DNA of 56,422 nt, counting the filler, from Sphacelaria rigidula (lineage: Eukaryota), in the NCBI GenBank assembly GCA_964200075.2. It is 7 parts of 7 records of this genome, joined end to end, with 100 filler letters (N's around TTAATTAATTAA, not from the genome) between each part and the next. Parts side by side here need not be neighbours in the genome. Positions count along the whole stretch, not along the records: positions 48,449 to 56,422 come from CAXNAA020012785.1; 6 more parts are not named here. One strand, written 5' to 3'. The position numbers and the translations under genes are program-made. Positions 50,394 to 56,422 of the stretch are shown here, one piece after another (positions within the stretch are counted from its first letter, which is position 1; the number at the start of each line of letters is the position of its first letter). The notes below the pieces were generated by a model that had not been told where the DNA came from, searched no databases, and saw nothing but the letters and a program-made list of their open reading frames with translations.

Positions 50394-51711
50394 AGACCAA
50401 CTCTAATGGGAGTCGTTCACAATTCCTCTCGAAAACTGCCTTTGGGGTCCTTCTCCGTCGTTTTTCGCCTCGAAAGACGGCTAAGGGGATGTTGACGATT
50501 TGACATGACTTGCTCTACTCGTTGAAACCGTTCTAAGGCAACTGTGCATTTCCCGCTGGCCCCACTTTTGTTTTTGGCCAAATCAGGCCAAACACGTATT
50601 TTCAGCAAAAAATGGTCAGGTGATCAAAATTTCCACCTGTTTTTTTGTCGCTTGACCGTCTCTCATTGAAAATCCGTGATCGGCCAAAAGTCAAAGTGCG
50701 GCCAGCGGGAAATGTGAAGTTGCTCTGGTCTCATTGAGTAGAGCAAGTCGTTCCAAGGCGTCAATATCCGCCTAGCCCTCTTTCAGGCGTAAAAAGACGA
50801 TGAAGGGCCAAAAAGGCAGGTTTCGACAGAAATTTTGAACGGCTCCCATTTGAGTCGGTCTAAGACCGACTCTAATGGGGGCGTATAAAATTTCTGTTGA
50901 AAACTGCTTTCTTGGCCTAGACCGACTCCAATGGTGCCGCGCCCCGGTGGTGTAATGGTCCGACCAACGCCATTGGGGTGGAGAGAACGGGGGTTCGATC
51001 TCCGATGCGTTGGGCTTTTCCTTCGTAATGTTGTATGATTTCCACCGTGGAAAGCGTGAGAACGTGAGTGAAGAAAGTAGTCGACTGGGTTTGTGTGACG
51101 TAAGTTGACGCCGTGCGGGAGTGCTGACCCAATCCGCGAGACCAAAATGAAAGATGCGTACCAGGGGAGAGACGGGTCGATCCCTTGAGACCACGGACTC
51201 GAATCCCGAGGAAGGAGAGGGGTTCAAAGTGTGAGAAAAAACAAAAATGGCAACCGTTTAAAATTTCTTTTCAAAACTGCCTTTTTTCTTGGCCCTCCCC
51301 CGTCGTTTTTCGCCTGAAAGAAGGCTAGGCAGATATTGACGCCTTGGAATGACTTGCTCCACTCATTGAGGCCGTTCCAGGGCAACTTTGCAATTCCCGC
51401 TGGTGGCACTTTCATTTTTGGCCAACCACTGATTTTCAACAAAAAACGGTCAAGCGATCAAAAAACAGGGGGGAATTTTGATCACCTGACCATTTTATAC
51501 TGAACATCCGTGTTTGGCCTCATTTGGCCAAAAACAAAAGTGCGGCTAGCAGGGAATGCAAAGTTGATCTAGAACGGTCTCAACGAGTAGAGCAAGTCAT
51601 TCCAAGGCATCAACATGCGTCTAGCCCTCTTTTCGGGCGTAAATTAACGGAGAAGGGCCCAAAAGGTAGTTTCAAACAGGAATTTTGAACGGCTACCATT
51701 AGAGTTGGCCT
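50394..51711. mobile_element. Tandem array of fold-back (long-TIR) elements
   Basis: Full palindromic copy 50394-50861, short end fragment 50862-50916, and third copy ~50919-51711 interrupted by a SINE. Termini AGACC(A/G)ACTCTAATGG. Confidence 0.8.
50940..51245 (+). mobile_element. tRNA-derived SINE family 2
   Basis: GCCCCGGTGGTGTAATGG (A box), GGTTCGATCTCC (B box), A-rich tail, imperfect TSD aatggtgccg / aatggcaaccg. Confidence 0.75.
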
Positions 51712-51907
51712 ACGACACGCCCTGAAAAGGTAAAAAATTGCGCGAACGAACGGATCAAACATTACGCCCGTGCCGGATCTTCTATATCATACTCATCACA
51801 TATAACATGATCTAATAAGCTATGCAGATATCCAATCTTTGGCTCAACCTCTGGGTAGGAGCCATTGCCTTTACCATCTCCTATTGAATGAATCCCTTTC
51901 CACGCCT

Positions 51908-52105
51908 ATCGTGGAGGACGGGGCCGCCGAGGCGGCCCCGTCCGATCCTTGTATATTTTACAATATTTTTATATATTATATAACTTTATATATGAAGATT
52001 CATCAAGAGGCAGTATATACTACATTTTATAATTGTATATTCATATATATGCTATATAATATGTATATGATCCTTATATTATATTATACAAGGATCATCC
52101 ACGAA
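51908..52105. repeat. GC hairpin + CTTGT end, AT-rich spacer and inverted ACAAGGATC start (Helitron/Helentron-like junction)
   Basis: ggacggggccgcc-ga-ggcggccccgtcc then gatccttgtata. Downstream tatacaaggatcatccacg is the inverted copy lacking the hairpin. Confidence 0.5.
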
Positions 52106-52125
52106 ATGCGTGGAAAGGACTTAAT

Positions 52126-55100
52126 TTGAATTGGGAGAGAGTGGAAGACAATAGCCATGTCAGTGTCATGGTAGACAGTGATGCGTCGGGACATTACTTC
52201 GACGATACCCTCATCCCGGGGCTACGGTATAAGCTCCACAGCTACCAAGAACTGGCGACCCCGCGTACGATCACCACCGTAGGGGGGCATCACCTGGCAA
52301 GGGTTGGTAAAGGACTGCTCCGCGGCCACATCCAAGACGGCGAAGGGGTCAAACACCGGGTTCAGATTTCGTGTTTCGTCGTGCCTGGCTTGGGGCGGGA
52401 CTTGTTCTCCGTCAAACAAGCGACACGAAATGGTGTTGTGTCTATTTTCGACATGAACAACCCAAGACTGGAGACAGACAACTTCATCGTTCCGCTCCAG
52501 GAACTGGAGAGTGACCTGTATTTCTTGTCTCTGGAACTAAGCAGCGGCAACGACGCATCTAGACTGGCTTTGCAAGCTGCAGACGCCGCCACGCTGTGGC
52601 ATCGGAGGATGGGACACCTGAACAGCAATAGTTTGAATCTCTCAAAAACGTCGGAAGCAACGGAGTGGATTTCGGTGGAGTCGTTCTGGATTGCAATATT
52701 TGTGCCGTTGGGAAAAGTCATCAACTGGCCCACCCGAAGACAGCCAACAACAAAGTGCAACGCGCTTTTCAACTAGTCATGACTTATTTGACGGGACCGA
52801 TCATGCCGGAAGCGCTGGGAGGCTTCAAGTACGTCTGCAAGATCTCCGATGAGTGTACCAGATGGACAGAGGTTTACCTTCAAAAACCTAAGGACGGCAC
52901 TCTTAATGCATTTCAGTTCTACGTACAGTCAATGGCCATTCCTGGCGGTGTTCGGGTCGAACGACTAAGGGCGGATAAAGGCGGTGAGTTCATCGGCAAC
53001 GAGTTCAAGTCGTACGGCCGACAGACATACATATTGCTAGAGTTTGCAAGCACCAATACACCACAACAAATCGGCCTGTCAGAACGCGTGGGAAGGATGC
53101 TTGCAGCCATGGTCCGGTGCATGCTTGCTGAAAGTGGTTTGCCGACTTTTCTCTGGGGGGGGGGGGCGTACTCATTTGTTGCTTGCCTTAGTCATTTGAC
53201 CATTGACCACGCATCCCTTTCGAGACGGAGCGACTTTTCTCTGGGGGGAATTAATGTTTACAGCGGCCTATCTTGCAAACAGATCACCGCATTCGGCGCT
53301 TGACATGTAGTCGCCTCATCAGATGCTGAAGGGGACAGAACCGGATATCAAACACCTTCGAGTCGTCGGAGCCAGGGCTTTCGTACATATCGAGCGGCGT
53401 ACTTCGAAACTTGCTCTCAAAGCAGTTGAAGGACGACTAGTTAGGTACAGCACTGACAGTAAGAGCTACCGAGTCACAACCCGGCCACGCGACGTATCAT
53501 TGAGAGAAGGAACGTCGTCTTCATCGAGACTCCAACACACCTTACCCCGACGGGAGAGCAACAACTTCGGATACACCCATTTTCACTTGGTGACCAGAAA
53601 TGCAACAACAGAGAGGGCCACAATTACGTCACCGACGACGACTTCTTCCGTGATCTTCGCGACCACACCTCCGTACTAGCTCAACCGGCTCACACCTCCG
53701 TTGATGATATCACTGCCAGCGGGATCTCTAACGATCCACAGGTGGCCGAGCTTCTGGAGAGAATCAGCGCCATCACCGAGCGGGACATGCTGCACGACGA
53801 TGACACACCTCGTGAAGAGACGTCGCCAGCAGCATCACCGAAGAGCCGTGCGCCGCTGGAACAACCTGCACCCCCTTCTCGGGACGAAGTTAGCCAGTCC
53901 ACATCATCAGCCGCATCACCACTGCTCAACCGCTCTCGACACTCTCGCCATCAAGTAACTCCCACTGTGACGCGTGCAGGTACTGCAGCGCGCTCGTTCA
54001 GGGAACGCACCACCAGCAACGACGGCGCAGCTCCTGCGCACCTTTCAGCCACTGTGGACGACAAAATGCTCTCCGAGCTACGGTGACTGCAAATACACAC
54101 CAACGCGCTCCTACCAGATGTCGTGCACCAGACGTTTGGGACGGAATCAGTCGTAGAATACGCCTACACAACTACCAACCTCTCGAGCTGTCCAGTGGGG
54201 GAGAAAACCGAAAGAATCCCAAACATGTTCAATGAGGCCATCAGTCTCCCCGAAAAGGAACAATGGAAGGCGGCATCAGATGAGGAGATGGATAGCCTAA
54301 GAATAAATAACGTATATACTCTAGTGCCGTCAGGCTCCGTCCCAACTGGACACAGGTTAATCGGGTCCCGATGGGTGTACAAGAAGAAAGCGGATTCCTC
54401 GCACAAGGCCCGAGTCGTCGTGCTGGGTTGGGGAAAAGTGCCTGGCGTTGACTGTGGCAGCACTTTCGCACCGGTCTGCAGGATCCAAAGCATCCGCATG
54501 GTATTAGCTGTAGCGGCGGAGTACGACTTGGAGTGTCGATAACTGGACTACAACACCGCCTTTCTGAACGCCGAACACAAGGAAGAAGTTTACGTCAAGA
54601 TGGCGCCAGGATACGAGGAGTTTGACGCCAATGGAACTCCGATGGTAATGCGGCTTCACAAAAGTCTCTATGGCCTCCGTCAAAGTCCAAACTGCTGGTG
54701 GGGAACGGTCGACACACACCTGGCAGAGATTGGATTCAAGAGCCTTAAGTCGGACCCTTGCGTGTACATATACCAAGAGAGCGGCGACGTCTACATTTTG
54801 ACTTTATTCATCGATGACGTCCTACTGCTTGGGAAATATGTGAAAGTTCTGGGGAGGACCAAGCATAAACTGATGGGACGTTTCTCTATGACGGACATGG
54901 GAGATGGATCGTTAGTGCTGGGAATGGAGGTTGTTCGCGATCGCGTTAGGAAGACAGTCACCATCAGCCAGAAAAGTTACACCAAGTCCCTCCTGGAACG
55001 ATACGGAATGGCGGATCGCAACCCAGCATACACTCCTGGTGTGGGACAAGAACTGTCACTGAACCAGCCGAGGGAGAAATCTTTGAACGAGGAGGACAAA

Positions 55101-55768
55101 AAACGTTTCCAGGCCATTACGGGCAGTGTGATGTATCTCGCTCACGTGACACGCTACGACATTGGATACGCAGTGAATCAACTGGCGCGGGCGATGTCCA
55201 ATCCGTCGAAGGCGCATATGGCAGCTGCAAAACACTTGCTTCGATATTTGGCCGCCACTACAGATCATGTCATAACCTACAACCAGGGCGGTTTCCAATT
55301 GACGGCGTTCTCAGATGCGAACTGGGGTAACAACCCAGACAACGGGAAATCCACATCATCATATCTCATCTTTCTCTCGAATGGCCCCATCGTTTTAAGG
55401 TAGGACTACAAGGACTCACCGCGCAATCAACGATGGAAGCAGAACTCGTGGCCGCTGCACTCACCATAAAGGAAGGCATCTTTTGCTCGAATATGATGCG
55501 GGAGATGGGATTTGGCACACGCTTCGACTCCGTCCCTTTCTACATCAACAACACTTCAACTCTCCACGTCGCAGGGAACCGAACTTACAGCTCGAGAGTC
55601 AAGCACGTAGCTCTACGGTACCTCTTCATTCAGGAATTAGTCAAGGAGGGAAGGATCGACATTTGTTACGTCAAGACCGAAGACCAACTCGCAGACATAG
55701 GGACCGAGTGCCTCAGCAAACACAGGCACCGCCACCTCGTCAAGCTGATCAGCACATTCAAAATATGA
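52126..55768 (+). pseudogene. pol: Degenerate Ty1/copia pol polyprotein (protease, GAG-pre-integrase, integrase, RT, RNase H)
   Basis: VDSDASGHY; LWHRRMGH; CNICAVGK; LRADKGGEF...TPQQIGLSER; RWVYKKK..HKARVV; KSLYGLRQS; LFIDDVL; FSDANW; MEAELVA; QLADIGT. Several frameshifts and stops. Confidence 0.96.
53155..53230 (-). mobile_element. Poly(C)-tailed ~65-nt element inserted in the copia integrase
   Basis: Flanked by direct repeat CGACTTTTCTCT(GGGGGG) at 53143 and 53231. Removal restores LPTFLWGELMFTAAYLANRSP. Confidence 0.9.
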
Positions 55769-55909
55769 GTAAGTCTGGTCGTAGCTTTGAGTTCTTATTT
55801 CGCCCTTGAGTGCCGGGACTGTTGTACTGATGTAGGTGTTTGGAACTAGTGCGTATTGCACTAAGGGGAAGTGTGAAGGGTTGAGAGTTATACTTGCGTT
55901 GAGGGGGAG

Positions 55910-56118
55910 TGTTAGAAAATGAGGCTATGGAGCCATGCTCTTCAACGCTTCGTATGGTATTGACTTTATATACATGTAGTGTTGGGATCGCAGGTACCTG
56001 TCACGAGGATTTGGTCTGATGTGGGGGCGTATAATGTGGGATAGTAGCTGTTATACATGAAGTGCTGTTCTCTTTGACCGTGTACCCCGGTGGGTTGTTT
56101 GTATCTGTCTTGCCCACA
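55910..56118 (+). repeat. Putative 3' LTR (3' end uncertain)
   Basis: Starts TGTTAG directly after the PPT. Candidate CA end at 56118. No second LTR available to confirm. Confidence 0.55.
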
Positions 56119-56126
56119 AGCGGCAC

Positions 56127-56236
56127 CTTGAACACTATCTTCTGTCTACACTCCGAAGCAGCCTGTCTGCTTGCTTGGCTCAACTGCCATTGCACCAACT
56201 CTAGCGACCACGACAAAGGGGTTCTGAGTGCATCCT
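56127..56236 (-). CDS. Possible host exon
   Basis: gctag| ... AAG|gtgccg, reads DALRTPLSWSLELVQWQLSQASRQAASECRQKIVFK. Confidence 0.3.
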
Positions 56237-56422
56237 CTAGCATTGAAATAGTATAACGTGAAGTGTAGCACACATTAGCATATGCGGAACGAAATCACAT
56301 ATGTTCGGTCAGTATGATGGACATCTTCTACGATAGCCCCTCCCAAAAACCAGCTAAAAGTGTCACGAAAAAAATAGCCATACAACACCTGATGCTCGGG
56401 TTCAGGCTGCATGAAGCGCCTC

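Larger units (their letters stand above)
52126..56118 (+). mobile_element. Ty1/copia LTR retrotransposon, 5'-truncated
   Basis: Copia domain order (PR-IN-RT-RH), PPT gagggggag at 55901-55909 followed by TG. No gag or 5' LTR visible. Confidence 0.92.

Overview
This is eukaryotic nuclear DNA, probably from a brown alga or other stramenopile (inference from intron-rich genes, a nuclear-encoded mitochondrial-type bL33 and the repeat landscape). It is not one locus. Seven unrelated contigs of 7976, 7975, 7975, 7974, 7974, 7974 and 7974 bp are size-sorted and joined by 100-nt N44-TTAATTAATTAA-N44 linkers. Host genes that can be supported are six in-phase exons of a TRAF-type zinc-finger protein (minus, 16881-24093), a two-exon mitochondrial-type ribosomal protein L33 (minus, 25911-26917) and exons of a coiled-coil protein. 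There is also an unidentified, spliced, partly decayed gene (minus, about 34.5-39.7 kb). The rest is mostly mobile DNA: a 5'-truncated degenerate Ty1/copia element with PPT and 3' LTR start, a hAT remnant, two tRNA-headed SINE families, several MITE/fold-back families and Helitron-like ends. The most unusual signal is a ~65-nt dispersed element ending in poly(C) rather than poly(A). It has at least 8 copies, and one sits in the copia integrase with a clean 12-18 bp target-site duplication, suggesting target-primed retroposition at G-runs. No CRISPR array, rRNA or intact tRNA is seen. All exon calls were made by eye and no database search was run.
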